Below the pieces are notes generated by a model. It searched no databases and was not told where the DNA came from. It worked only from the letters and a program-made list of their open reading frames with translations. Positions 1-11,100 of a DNA stretch of 64,000 nucleotides are shown here, one piece after another (the first letter of the stretch is position 1; the number at the start of each line of letters is the position of its first letter). A program made the position numbers and the translations under genes. The stretch is from Pelagomonas calceolata (lineage: Eukaryota), in assembly GCA_918797485.1 (NCBI GenBank), contig CAKKNE010000004.1, forward strand, positions 930,001 through 994,000. The letters run 5' to 3'.

Positions 1-8
1 GCTGCAAT

Positions 9-754
9 ATGAAGTCCAGCGTGCTTGCGCTGGCTCTTGCCGCCACGGCCGCGCTCCCCGAGGTCGCGTTCCGTGCGATACAAATTTCACGGCGCTTCGC
101 GCTGAATCATCATCGCGTCCTGAGTCCACACACCATCGTACGCAGGTCGAGCCGCGACTTCGCGGCACGAAGGACGACGAGCACCGCGTCGGCGGGCGCA
201 AGCCTAGCTTCGGCCACCACGACGGCTTCCCGGGGCTTCAGATCCAGGACGGCGATGCGTACTCACTGAACTTTCAAGGTCCGGGAAAGGTCCTACATGA
301 AAGAGGATTGCTGGGGAAGGATTGCTGGGGCGAACCCACCATGTGCCCGAATGGCTTTGTGTGCATCCAACGTTGTACCAGTGAATACTACCAATATTGG
401 TGGTCACGCACAACCACAACGCGCTGGTATCATTGCGGGTGACCTGCGTCCTCGACCCATCAGACTCATTTGATGATATGTGTCCCCCACTCCGCAGGCT
501 GCGCCAAAGATGACGGGATTTCGTGGATCCGGAGAAGAGACAAGAGTAACGAGAGAGTAATTTGGCGAGACCGTGAAATGGGTGCTTGCATTGACAAAAA
601 CAATCCATATTATCCCTGCTCTTATTGTCAATGGCCGGGCAATTGCCCGGGAGCAGGAGTTCCAGCATACATGATGGAATGGGAGGACATTTGTAAAAAA
701 AGGGAGGAGATAGCCGATAAGTGTTTTGCTGCGAGAGGTCAATTTAATGGATAG
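9..754 (+). CDS. Secreted Cys/Trp-rich hypothetical protein; exons 9-62, 146-434, 498-754
   Basis: Signal peptide MKSSVLALALAATAA. GT-AG intron 63-145 joins to a frame that stays open until TGA 440-442. A GC-AG intron 435-497 removes that stop and joins ORF 470-754. Confidence 0.55.
63..145 (+). mobile_element. Degenerate introner-derived intron
   Basis: Contains AAATTTCACGGCGCTTCGCGCTG, similar to AAATTTTACGGCGCGTTCGTGCTG in the TIR element at 10921. The intron and the next exon both start GTCG. Confidence 0.45.
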
Positions 755-1108
755 CGTGCCTCACTCGTCCATTCTGCGGTTAGTGCCCGCCCTGCCGCCG
801 GCCCCGTTCGAGCGCTACCAACGGAACCCCCCCTCCGGGCGCTAGGATTCTGCTTCCGGCATGTCTGACTAAAACTCGTTTACTTAGTAGGCGCGGGCGG
901 CCGTGCGTTGTGGCGGTGACTACTTTTGAGCGTCGGGCTTCGGACCGCTTCGTCTCTGAGATTACTGCGGCCGCAGGCGCGACCAGACTTATCGTCCTTC
1001 AGGAAAAGCAGAGCTAGCGTCTTCGACCCACTAGCTGGTTGGTCTTAGTCAAATGCGCCAGCGCGCCCGGCTTTACTCCGCATAGGTGCACGCAAACAGC
1101 CGTCATCG

Positions 1109-3044
1109 ATGCGCAAACTCTCAACCATGCTGCTCTTGGCGCGCTGCGGCCGCGCCCTCGTCACGCCCGCCGCCGCGGCGGCGCGGAGAGGCCGCGCGCT
1201 CTCGGCAGCGCCCACCTCCTTCCCGCTCAGCAGCAGCAAGACCGTCAAGGTCGAGTACGGCGGCGCGGCCTCGGACTACGCCGGCGATTTACTTTTGTTA
1301 CCGTTCTGGTCCGACAAGGATATTGATGTGGGCGCGGCGACCATCGCGCAGGGCTGGGACGCGGCCTTTGGGGGAGCGCTCACGGAGCTCGCGGAATCCC
1401 AAGAATTCAAGGGGAAGAAGGGCGAGTCCCACGTCTTGACCGTCCCTGGAAGGTTACAAGGTGTCCGGAAAGTAGCGTTAGTTGGACTGGGCCCCAAAGA
1501 TAAAGCTATGGAGGGCTACGCCGCCCTAGGCAAAGCCGTAGCAGAAATAGCGTCAAAAGAAAAGGCGTCGTCCGTCGGCGTCGCGGCGCCTTCGCGAAGC
1601 AGGGACGCCTGGACCTTCGGCGAGCACGTCGAGGCCGTCGCACTGGCGACGTTCGAGGGCTGTTATGTGGACGATAGATTTAGGACGGGCGACAACGTCA
1701 AGAATCCCCCGAAATTATCGTCGTTGGAGTTGGTCGACGAGCCCATGTCGGTCGATGACGTTTCTCCGGACGACGCCTACGCCGCGTCCCTCGAGGAAGG
1801 TCCCCAAGAAAGTGTCGTGTCTGAAGCTGCTGAGAGGGCTCGAGCCTACGCCCAGGGGTCGGCCTTCGCCAAGGACTTGGTCAATGCCCCGCCCAACGTG
1901 TTAACACCTAGAACGTTAGCCATAGCGGCTGTGGAATTGGCCAAAGAACATCAAACGCTGGACTGCACGATCAAGGGGCCCGTGGAGTGCGCTGCGCTGG
2001 GCATGGGCGCGTACTTGGGCGTCGCGCAGGGCGCGTCGTCCGACAACGAGGCGCAATTCGTCCATCTCACCTATAAACGCGGCGTGCCGAAGACGAAGCT
2101 AGCTATTGTTGGGAAAGGTCTCACGTATGATTCAGGAGGCTACAACCTGAAGCCGTCGGCGGGGGGCATGATCGAGCTCATGAAGTTCGACATGGGCGGT
2201 GCGATCTCGGCGTCCCGTCGTGGGGAGGTGCCTCCACGCCGTCGACGCGCGTGGTTTCTTTTTCGATTTTGGGGCCGTTCGGACCGCGAGATGAACGTTT
2301 CCGAACGTCAAGGTCGCGTCGACGCCGTCGACGCGACACAGTATGCTTCGCGCAGGCGCCGCGGCGACGCTCGGCTGCGCCTCGGCCGTCGCTTCCCTGG
2401 AGGTGCCGGACTGTCGCGCGCCGCGTGGAAATCCATTGCAACGCCCGTGATTGCGTTTCCGCACAGGCGAGATCCACTTCATCGTCGCGGCCTGCGAGAA
2501 CATGATCTCCGGCGAGGCCGTGCGGCCCGGAGATGTCTTAACAGCTTCAAATGGGAAGACGATCGAAGTGGCCAATACCGACGCCGAGGGCCGGTTGACG
2601 CTGGCCGACGCCCTCGTGTACGCCGAGAAGCTGCAGCCGGAGGCCATTGTGGATCTCGCGACGCTGACCGGTGCTTGCATCGTGGCGTTGGGCGATGACG
2701 TGGCCGGAGTTTTCACGCAAAGTGATGAGCTCGCAGCGGAACTGTCCAGCGCCTCGAAGAAGGCGAGGGAAGAGGTATGGCGCATGCCCTTGCCCGACGC
2801 CTACGAGGAGCAGATCAAGTCGAAGATCGCTGATTTGGTGAATGTCGGTCCGAGAGCAGGGGGAGCGATCACCGCGGCGCTCTTCCTCGGCCACTTCGTG
2901 GAGGACGTGCCCCACGCGCACGTCGACATCGCGGGCCCGGTCTGGAACGGGAAGGACTCTTGCGCGACCGGCTTCGGGGCGAAGACGATGGCTGCCTGGG
3001 TCGAGGCCCGGGCCGCCGCGTCGGACTTCGGGGCGCCGTTCTAG
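1109..3044 (+). CDS. pepA: M17 leucyl aminopeptidase, probably organelle-targeted; introns 2199-2355 and 2413-2466
   Basis: [40 protein letters not shown]. Removing two GT-AG introns gives a continuous frame. Confidence 0.95.
2199..2355 (+). mobile_element. Repetitive intron, family A/C mosaic
   Basis: Starts GTGCGATCTCGGCGTCCCG like intron 13367. Shares GGTTTCTTTTTCGA...TTCGGAC with 12109, 13367 and 51046, and TTTCCGAAC-TCAAGGTCGCGTCGA with 8832. Confidence 0.75.
2421..2466 (+). mobile_element. Minimal degenerate TIR introner (46 bp)
   Basis: CCGCGTGGAAATC...GTTTCCGCACAG resembles the family TIR and begins exactly 8 nt after the GT donor at 2413. Confidence 0.65.
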
Positions 3045-3069
3045 GGCGTAACTTCTTAGGTGTATAGTC

Positions 3070-3669
3070 CTAGCAATTGATCGGAGCACCCAGCACCCGG
3101 CTGCCGTCGCCAGCGTAGACGCGGTTGCGGATGTCCTGGACTAATCGCCACGGGCACATGTTGAACCAGACGAAGAACGCCACCGCTTTCAGCGGAGCAT
3201 CCATGACCTGCCACGGAAGTCCGACGTACGCCCAGATGGCCAGGCCGACGAGGACCGAGCCTCCCAATACGGTCATCTCGCGTGTGACCACGAACTCGTC
3301 GTAGCCGTTCCACGCGGCTTGCGGGTTCGACTGCACGTGGTGGCGGTAGATGCCTTCGACCGGCGAGTCGCGCGGCAAGCACCGCACGGGGGTGTTGGAC
3401 GGCCACGACCCCGAGGCCCTCCGGGCGACGAAGCGCCGCATGTCATTCGTGCTGACCACCAACGGAGGCCCGCCGGCCGTGCCCGGGGCCCCGGGGTTGT
3501 CCCAGCTCGGCGGCCCCATGCGGAGGACCCAGACGGTGTGCTGGATCTCGTCCTCCGTCGGGAGTTTCTGGCCCGTCTGCGGACAGACTCGGCGCCGCGT
3601 GCCCGCGGCATCCACCACGGTCCTGACGGGCCGGCGCGGCTCGAGCCCTCTCGGAGCTTGGCGCACCAT
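3070..3669 (-). CDS. Hypothetical protein with C-terminal hydrophobic helices
   Basis: 199-aa ATG ORF with GC3-biased codons and hydrophobic segments VLGGSVLVGLAIWAYV and AVAFFVWF. Confidence 0.6.
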   Translation of the reverse strand: MVRQAPRGLEPRRPVRTVVDAAGTRRRVCPQTGQKLPTEDEIQHTVWVLRMGPPSWDNPGAPGTAGGPPLVVSTNDMRRFVARRASGSWPSNTPVRCLPRDSPVEGIYRHHVQSNPQAAWNGYDEFVVTREMTVLGGSVLVGLAIWAYVGLPWQVMDAPLKAVAFFVWFNMCPWRLVQDIRNRVYAGDGSRVLGAPINC

Positions 3670-3845
3670 TTGAGGTCTAGCGTTCGTGCCCGCTTAAGTA
3701 CTCTCTCTCTGAGGAACCTTGACTGATGGTACTTCTTATAATCGGGCGGCGCGAAACGCCTCAATGGCTGTCGACGTAGAAACCCGCGAGCTCTGGAGGC
3801 CCGGGGCTCGATCGCTAGTGAAACGCCTGGCGAAAAAGCGATTAT

Positions 3846-3867
3846 CTAGCGTCCTGTAAGACACTAG
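3846..3867 (-). promoter_or_regulatory. CTAG-bounded intergenic motif
   Basis: CTAGCGTCCTGTAAGACACTAG between divergent genes; exact core CTAGTGTCTTAC on the minus strand. Confidence 0.7.
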
Positions 3868-4112
3868 CAAGCACAAAAAGCTGCGTTGACAAAACGGCTC
3901 CAAGCAACGCACGGCGGCGCCACCGGAGGCAACGCTTTTCACACTAAAGCACCGAGCCCGCGCTCCGAAAGCAGCGACGCTCCCGCACCAAGATTGACAG
4001 CTGGGGCCCACTCACTGGCCACACAAGTGCCGCTACGTAGCGCTTCGCAAAACGACGTGAGCCGGCGCGAGCAGCGCCGGCGCAGCGAACGATCAAGAAA
4101 CGAGCGCCGCGC

Positions 4113-5120
4113 ATGGGGGACAAGTACAAGAAAATCGACGGCGCGGGTCCCCCGCCGGGCGCCGACATCGAGCTCAGCGACCGCAAGCCCAAAAGCACAT
4201 CTGATGAAGACGCCTTCGACGTGCGCGTCCTCGACGTGAAGAAGGCCGGCGCTCCCACCATAATACGCGTGCCGAAAAACGGCACCTGTGCCGATCTCAG
4301 AACTGCGGTCGAGGCCGCAATAGAAAACGCCCCTTCTGATAGACAACGATTAATCTGCAACGGCCGGTCGCTCGGCGACGGCTTACTGTCGGAATTTAAT
4401 GTGGTCCCACGGTCACCATTGTGCACGATTCACTTAACGGTAAGGCCCGAAGGGACGCAAGCGTCATCACCCGCATCAAATGAGGTCCCGTACGACGTCA
4501 GTGCCTTGGTGGCCGCCGTCGCGGCGAACCCCCTGCCGTCGGATCCCGCCGCGAGAGCTAGATATCATGTTGCGCGGACGGGCGCGCGCGTGCGGTTGCT
4601 ATCGTCGTTACTCTCCCTGTACTGTGCGGTCGCTGCTCTCGGAGCTTTTTTAGATGCCACGGCGCCGAACTCCGACGGAGACGTCGTGACCATGGTCGGG
4701 CTGGCGATTAATCTGGCCGGCGTTTACGTCGGTGGCGCGGGGATGCGGGCGGCTCGGAGAGGAGACATCCTCTCGGCGTGTCGCTACGACCATGCTTTAC
4801 GAGCACTGGCGGCGTCGTCCTTGGCCTACGAGGCCTACGTTTCTTTAGTAGTGATCCCGGAGGAGGCGCGGCATCGCGCGCCCTGGGACTCGCAAAGACC
4901 ATCAGGGAACGGCACGACCTACACGCAGAACACGTCCGGCGTGTCCCGAGACGATTTGTTTTTGTCGGGCGTCGTGAGCGTATTGCTCTGGGCGTCGATC
5001 TGGCTCGCCTGCCTGAATTCGTCGGCGCAGTACCGGCTCGCCGTGCGCGACCGGGATTCGGCGGGCGTCCGGGCGCCCGACTTGGAAGTGCAGCAGCCGG
5101 GGGACGCGTTTCTCTTATAA
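4113..5120 (+). CDS. Ubiquitin-like domain membrane protein
   Basis: UBL-like TCADLRTAVE...PSDRQRLICNGRSLGDGLLSEFNV...IHL followed by about 4 hydrophobic helices. Confidence 0.75.
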   Translation: MGDKYKKIDGAGPPPGADIELSDRKPKSTSDEDAFDVRVLDVKKAGAPTIIRVPKNGTCADLRTAVEAAIENAPSDRQRLICNGRSLGDGLLSEFNVVPRSPLCTIHLTVRPEGTQASSPASNEVPYDVSALVAAVAANPLPSDPAARARYHVARTGARVRLLSSLLSLYCAVAALGAFLDATAPNSDGDVVTMVGLAINLAGVYVGGAGMRAARRGDILSACRYDHALRALAASSLAYEAYVSLVVIPEEARHRAPWDSQRPSGNGTTYTQNTSGVSRDDLFLSGVVSVLLWASIWLACLNSSAQYRLAVRDRDSAGVRAPDLEVQQPGDAFLL

Positions 5121-5160
5121 CAATATTAGTCTAGGTTGCGTCGCCGGCGACGGCTCGAAG

Positions 5161-6999
5161 CTAGCAGCACTTCGTGGAGCAGTAGGGAAAATGGGGGTGA
5201 GCAAATGCTGTGCCATAAGCGTAGCTGGAATCGCGATACCACCTATCTTCTTGTGGGTTATGAGCTTGACCTGACCCATCGTCGTCCAGAGTGAACACGT
5301 TCGTCGGGTGGCCGTTCACGTATTCCCGCGTGTGCGTTCCGCCACACAAATAGGGAAGCGGCAAACCCAGAAGACAACAGCAACCCGACACTTCGTACTG
5401 ATCCTGGTTAAGCGCCTTCTTCGTAGTGCATAAAATGGGCGCAAGCAGCCCCAACGGCACAATCGGAAAGCAGCCGCACCAGGTCCCCGCGAGGTCCCCG
5501 GCATCGACCTTTTGGAAGGTCCGTTTCTGCGAGTGTGGGCGTTTCTTGAAGCAACAACATCCTTGTTTGGCCATTCCGTTGGCCGAGAACGTCACTCCTT
5601 CCTCGTCTCCTGCGAAGCGCCCCTCCGGCCAGTGGCGAAACTTATTAGTGCCCGGGACGCGAATCTGAACCCCGCCTTCCACGAGCGGGCACGTCACAAG
5701 AATAGGAATGACCGTGGTGCAGCCTGATCTAAACGTCTCGATCGCGTCGGCCCCGAGCGGCACCACGGTCATCGAGGGGCAAATCGTCGGAGCTGGAGTA
5801 CAGGAGCACGCGGCCGAATACCTGCCGCTGATCTCGTCCGTGCTCAGCAGCCCGTCACTCCGCGGGCCGGTGTGAAGGTCCTCCGGCGCGAGCGGCGGCG
5901 CGCGACCGGCCCATTCTCGGAAGCCTCCGCGCGGTAGCGTGACGCGGTAGGCCGCCATTTGGAGCGAAGCTCCAAAATCGTCGACGACGCCCTCGAAGTC
6001 GGCGAAGCGGATATTTTTGTGCTGGTCAGACTCCACGCCGGAGTCCACGCCCAGGACCAAGTCTCGGTGAACATTGACGACCAAGTCTGGGTCTATGACG
6101 AGGGAGATCGACCCGTCCTCGTTGACCTCCCATTCGCGACCGTAGCCCCATGTACCCGCCGTGTACGTTTCTTCGTCGCTCTCGCCGCCGACCCAACTGA
6201 CCCCGGTCCCCTCTCGGTTCCCGGCTTCGAGAACCAGGTCCGCGTCGACGCGCTTGAGGAACTTGCCCTGGACCAGTTGAACGGAGCACGCGTCTCGCGC
6301 CGCCACACATTTTGACTCGGTGTAACGCCCGCCCCAAAACCTTCGTTCTTCAGGGTACATCTTCCCAATTCCACCATTCCCGGGGTTCGACGCGTGGCAA
6401 GTCAAGGGCGCCGCGCCCCCGGCCTGCAGGGCTTGCCAGTGGTCGAAGCGGAGGACGTTTGGGCTGCCCTGCCTCACGAGCACCAACCTCGAATCGATGA
6501 TCCCTTGTGGCGCCATCCCAACAAAGCCGTGCCGCTGGTAGCTCTTGTCCTCCGGGCTGGCGGACCAGGAAACGTAGCGCCAGGGCCCGCCACGGCGCAA
6601 TATGGAGAACGCCGAGGTGCTGGAGGTCATTACAAAAGTGCCACTCGGCGCGCCGTTCTGCACGAGCTCGTCGACGAACTTACTGAAGGCGAGGCGGACG
6701 TTATATTCCTCGACCTCCATCTTGACGGGCATCGCGCGCTCGTTATCGCTCCAGCGACCCCCATATTTCTCGTTCCAGCGCCCGAGGAACTCGATGGAGC
6801 CGCGGGCGCCTCCTGCGCCGGGCTGGACCTCGTCGGCCGCGGCCGGCCCGCGCTCCATCTCCGCGGGCCGCGGCGCGGCCGGGGCTGCCACCGGTGGCGC
6901 GTGCGCGACGGATAGCACCTCACCGTAGCCCTCCGTGTGGCCTCCAGCTGCATCATCGACCACGCCGAGGACCTCTGCGACCGCGGGCGCCACCTTCAT
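5161..6999 (-). CDS. Hypothetical protein with duplicated C-terminal Cys-rich module
   Basis: Long ORF, first ATG at 6999. Two similar units: ISGRYSAACSC...GTNKF and LAGTWCGC...PTNVF. Confidence 0.7.
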   Translation of the reverse strand: MKVAPAVAEVLGVVDDAAGGHTEGYGEVLSVAHAPPVAAPAAPRPAEMERGPAAADEVQPGAGGARGSIEFLGRWNEKYGGRWSDNERAMPVKMEVEEYNVRLAFSKFVDELVQNGAPSGTFVMTSSTSAFSILRRGGPWRYVSWSASPEDKSYQRHGFVGMAPQGIIDSRLVLVRQGSPNVLRFDHWQALQAGGAAPLTCHASNPGNGGIGKMYPEERRFWGGRYTESKCVAARDACSVQLVQGKFLKRVDADLVLEAGNREGTGVSWVGGESDEETYTAGTWGYGREWEVNEDGSISLVIDPDLVVNVHRDLVLGVDSGVESDQHKNIRFADFEGVVDDFGASLQMAAYRVTLPRGGFREWAGRAPPLAPEDLHTGPRSDGLLSTDEISGRYSAACSCTPAPTICPSMTVVPLGADAIETFRSGCTTVIPILVTCPLVEGGVQIRVPGTNKFRHWPEGRFAGDEEGVTFSANGMAKQGCCCFKKRPHSQKRTFQKVDAGDLAGTWCGCFPIVPLGLLAPILCTTKKALNQDQYEVSGCCCLLGLPLPYLCGGTHTREYVNGHPTNVFTLDDDGSGQAHNPQEDRWYRDSSYAYGTAFAHPHFPYCSTKCC

Positions 7000-7130
7000 G
7001 CTGCCCGTGTAAGTTAGTCGCACAATTGTGCTGCCCCCTTGCCTCCGAAATTTGCGTTACGCCGGCTGCGGTTCGAGAGCCGCGCGCAGGCGCTGTGCAA
7101 ATCCGAGCCTGGAATCCTAGCCTACGGGTT

Positions 7131-7691
7131 TTACCCCTTACGCATCCGCAGGATCACGTCCGACGAGTGCGGCACGACTCGCAATTCCGACAGCTCCGGC
7201 TCCTCGTTCGACGAGATCGCGTCGACCACGGTATCAAAATCCATCTGCCCCGCGGGGAAGATGTCCCGCTCCGGCCGCGCCTTGCCCAGGTACTCACCGC
7301 CAATATAACGCACGGCCGTCACGCCCACCAGCACGTCGCCGACGGAGACTTTACCGGACGCGGCCGCGTTGCCCCCCACGTCGATGACTTGAACACCGCG
7401 TGGCTGCGCCGCGGTCCCGATCTCTTCAAAAACAATACCCAGCGGCCGCGCCAAGGCCACCTCGTAGTCGTAGTTCGTGTCGGCCCAGAAATCGAACAAT
7501 TGCTGCTCGTGGCTATATCCACCCGTCTCCGCCGGTGGTGCGGGCGGCATGCCGGCCGCCCCTCGGGGATACTTGACGCCTTCGCCGCAGTACCAGCGGT
7601 CGCCCGTGGCCCGCAAGGCGTTGCTTCTTTTGACGCTTGGCGGCATGAAGGCGCCGGCTGCGCAGATCAGGGCGGTGAGGGCTAGCCTCAT
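7131..7691 (-). CDS. Plastid-targeted PDZ-like domain protein
   Basis: Presequence ...AAGA-FMPP (ASAFAP type). LARPLGIVFEE...GNAAASGKVSVGDVL is PDZ-like. Confidence 0.8.
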   Translation of the reverse strand: MRLALTALICAAGAFMPPSVKRSNALRATGDRWYCGEGVKYPRGAAGMPPAPPAETGGYSHEQQLFDFWADTNYDYEVALARPLGIVFEEIGTAAQPRGVQVIDVGGNAAASGKVSVGDVLVGVTAVRYIGGEYLGKARPERDIFPAGQMDFDTVVDAISSNEEPELSELRVVPHSSDVILRMRKG

Positions 7692-8174
7692 GTTTGCTGA
7701 GTGCTTTGCTGAAACCGATGCGTTTTCGTTCAGTTCTCGAAAATGAACGTGCTCAGAGCGCTGCGAATTTATCGGCGGGCTTGCTGCATGGATGGTGAAC
7801 GACTACGCGATCCCAGTGAGAGCGCATGCGCTCACAAAGGTCGGCAAGCCGTCGCAGTCGAGCTGATTTCGGACTGCTCCACAGCGCTTGCAGATTCGCA
7901 GTAGTCCTTGACTGCGAGGAGTACTGGTTGGAAAGACCGCGGGGCGCAACCCCGCACCAGCCCAGCGCCGGCCGGCCGCAACACAAGGCGTGAACGCGGA
8001 CGCGCTGAGCGCGACGGGAACGCGCAGCACGCTATACACTACGCCACCGACGCGTAGCCCAGGAACCATGGAGACCAGCTAGCGGCGGGGCTGCCCGGAC
8101 ACCAGAGCAGCAGCAGGGGGGCTGCCTAGCCTCACGCCGCGCAGCCGTAGCGGGACGGTCCCACGCAACAAGAG

Positions 8175-11100
8175 ATGGCCCAGGACATGGCCTTCAGCCC
8201 GGACCCCAGTCAGCATAACTTTACGAGTTCCGAGTACGTCGCCGACGGGGCCGTCGCCGACGACCAGGTCCAACCCTACGACAGCACGCAAGATGCACAA
8301 AAATGGTATGATGACAATGTGAACGAGGACGCCCAGCAGAAGGCGGAAAGGCTCAATAGATTGCGACTCCAGCTCGAGCGAGCCGCGGCCCGGGAAGGCA
8401 CGTCCACCGGAGCCATCCTCGAACGACTGGAGGAATATGCTCCAGTTAGAGCCGTCTGGACGGAATATTTTGATGAGGAAAACACTCCATTTTACGTGAA
8501 CGAAGCTACCGGCGAGACGCGGTGGCAGCTCCCGCGACCGGAGGAGCTCGGTCTCGAGTTAGCTCTCGATGCGCTGCTTTGCGACGACCCAAAGCTCAAG
8601 GAAGAAAAGCTCGCCGAGCTCGCGAAGAAGAAGGCCATCGACGACGAGAGTTCGCTGATGACGGGCGAGGACTACTCGTTGGAAGACCAGGAGACGCCGG
8701 AGGAGCGGGAAGCGCGCGAAGCGCGGGAACTGGAAGAACGAATAGCGTGGGAGGAGTCCGAGCGGTTGCGAATCGAGCAGGAGCGCATCGACGACGAGCA
8801 CTTCCGGCGGGGCCAGGCCGAGGCGAAGCAGGCCTCCGTTTCTCTGTTGGCTCGGAATTTCTATTTTTCCATCAAGGACGAGGTCCGTGACTCAGTGTCT
8901 GTTTCTGACGTTTTCTGAACTTCAAGGTCGCGTCGATGGCGTCAGCGCGACGCTACGCCCACGCGACGCCGTCGACGTGGTCGTCAGAGAGTCTACACGT
9001 CTCGTGAGTGGACGGAGACGGTTTCGCGACGCCGTCGTTCGACGCAGGCCTGCACGAAGCGCGTACAAGACTGGCTCACGGAGAAGCGCGACGCCCACGA
9101 GGCCCAGCAGCGGGAGATGTACCGGACGATCAAGGCGGAGTTGAAGGTGATTGTGCGGCGTCCGATGTATGTTCATCGTTGAGAGCGTCGCGGCGACGGC
9201 ACGACGCTGTCGTCACGCGACCGCGCGCAGGTCTGCCCCGCGCCGAAGCCCATCAACGAGTTCGCCGAAGCTCTAGCCGCTGCCGCTCGGGCCGACGAGG
9301 GCGAGGAGGGCGCCAACAAAGCCGTCGATACATATGAAAAAACGGAAGAGGCCTCGGCCGCCCGGAAGCTCAAGATGACCGAAGCATTGGCCAAGAGAGT
9401 CAAGAAGAGGCGCGAAGATCGCCTCGCGCTGTGGGCGGACGACGGCGACCGCGACGACGACGACGAGGCGTGCGCTTCGAATCGATTAGCTGTCGTGCTT
9501 GAAGAAGTGAAGGGGCGAGGCGCGGACTTTAGGCACCTGCGGGAAGTGAGATTAGTCGACTGTCTGATCACGGATCAAAAACTTGCGGTCTTAGTAGAGT
9601 CGTTGGGCCAAGGCTGCGTTTCCGTATTAGCGCTGGGCGGCAACCAAATCACGAATATCGGCGCGCGGACGCTGGGCGAAGCTTTACAAGCGCTAGCGCC
9701 GCTCCGCGAACTCCATCTCAACGGCAATCACATCGCCGACCCCGGCGTCGAGTTTCTGTGCAAAGGGTTATTCGGCCACTTAACCGCTGCCGAGAAGAAG
9801 GAACAACTGCGTAAAGCTAAGAGACTACAGAGGATGGCCTCCGCAAAAGCCAAAAGGTTGAACGTCAAGGGGAAAAGCAACTCGCTGACGCCTCCCCCCG
9901 TCGCGAAGCCGCAGCCGCCGTCTCGCTTGGCCGTGTTGGATCTTTGTAGCAATCCAGTCAGTCCGGAAGGCGCTCGCGCGTTGGCCGAGTCCCTGACGCT
10001 AGAACGGTGCCGCCTGACGACTTTAAGGCTAGGAGGCGTCCCCAAAACGCTAGACTGCTTCAAGCCCACCGAGGAAGGCAATAGAGCGAGGAAAGTGAAT
10101 CAAATAGTCATCGGCGACGCCGGGGCGATCATGCTCTGCGGGGCGTTGTTATTGAGTCCGGCGGTCTTGGAAGCGAAGGGCCACTCCGGTTTAGAAACGC
10201 TGTGTCTGTCGCGGTGCGGCATCGGTCAGGCCGGAGCGAGGGCATTAGCTGCCATGTTGTACTGCGAGCCTTCCCTCACATCTTTAGATATTTCCGGCAA
10301 TGCGTTGGAGGGCAAAGGCGTCGGTCGAAGCTTCAAGGAGCGGCCCCTCGCGTCGCGAGTGCTAAAGCGCGGACTGGCCGAGCCGCCGTCCGCACCCTTG
10401 CAGGACCTAGATCGATCTAGTGGACTGGCCTGTTTGGGCCGGGCGCTGGAAGCCACGTCATCCCTTAAAAGAGTACTGCACGACGATGTGGACACTGCTT
10501 CATATTTTGATAAATGCCTAGCCCTAGATCCGCCAGCGGACTGGAGTAGACGACGACGACTCGGCGTCGACGCGTGTGCGACGCGGGAATGGTTGTTGTC
10601 CTGCTTCAAGGCCGAGGGCATGGCTCTACCGTCGCCCGGCGCGCGGGAGACGGCGCTGGCGATGGAAAATGACATGACCGAGGAACCGTCGCCAGTGCTG
10701 ACGCAGCGTCCGTTTCCGACCGTTTCCGAACTTCAACCTTGTGAAGATGGCGTCAACGCCATGCTGCGGGTCTACGCGTCTCGCGAGTGAACGGTGTCCG
10801 TGCCACGCAGGTGGAGCTCCCCATCGAGGAGAAGTCCTCTCTCTCCTCAGGCGCCACGACTAGAAGAGCGTCGCAGTTCTTCCGCCACGGGTCGCTGCTG
10901 ACCGATGGCTCGGTGGACACCTGTGTGGAAATCAAATTTTACGGCGCGTTCGTGCTGCATCGTCGCGTCGACCTCCACGCCGTCGCCGCGACGCCTGCTC
11001 GATGGCGTGGCGATGCCGGTTCCTCACCGCTCGACGGAGCCAGCACTGGTTGATTTCCACACAGGTGGACACGGTGCGAACGGCGGCGTCGCCGATGCGA

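Noticed and set aside
434..442. In-frame TGA in a Cys-Gly-TGA context as possible selenocysteine
   Set aside because: A 63-nt GC-AG intron (435-497) ending in a typical CGCAG removes it, and I saw no SECIS-like element downstream. Not fully excluded.
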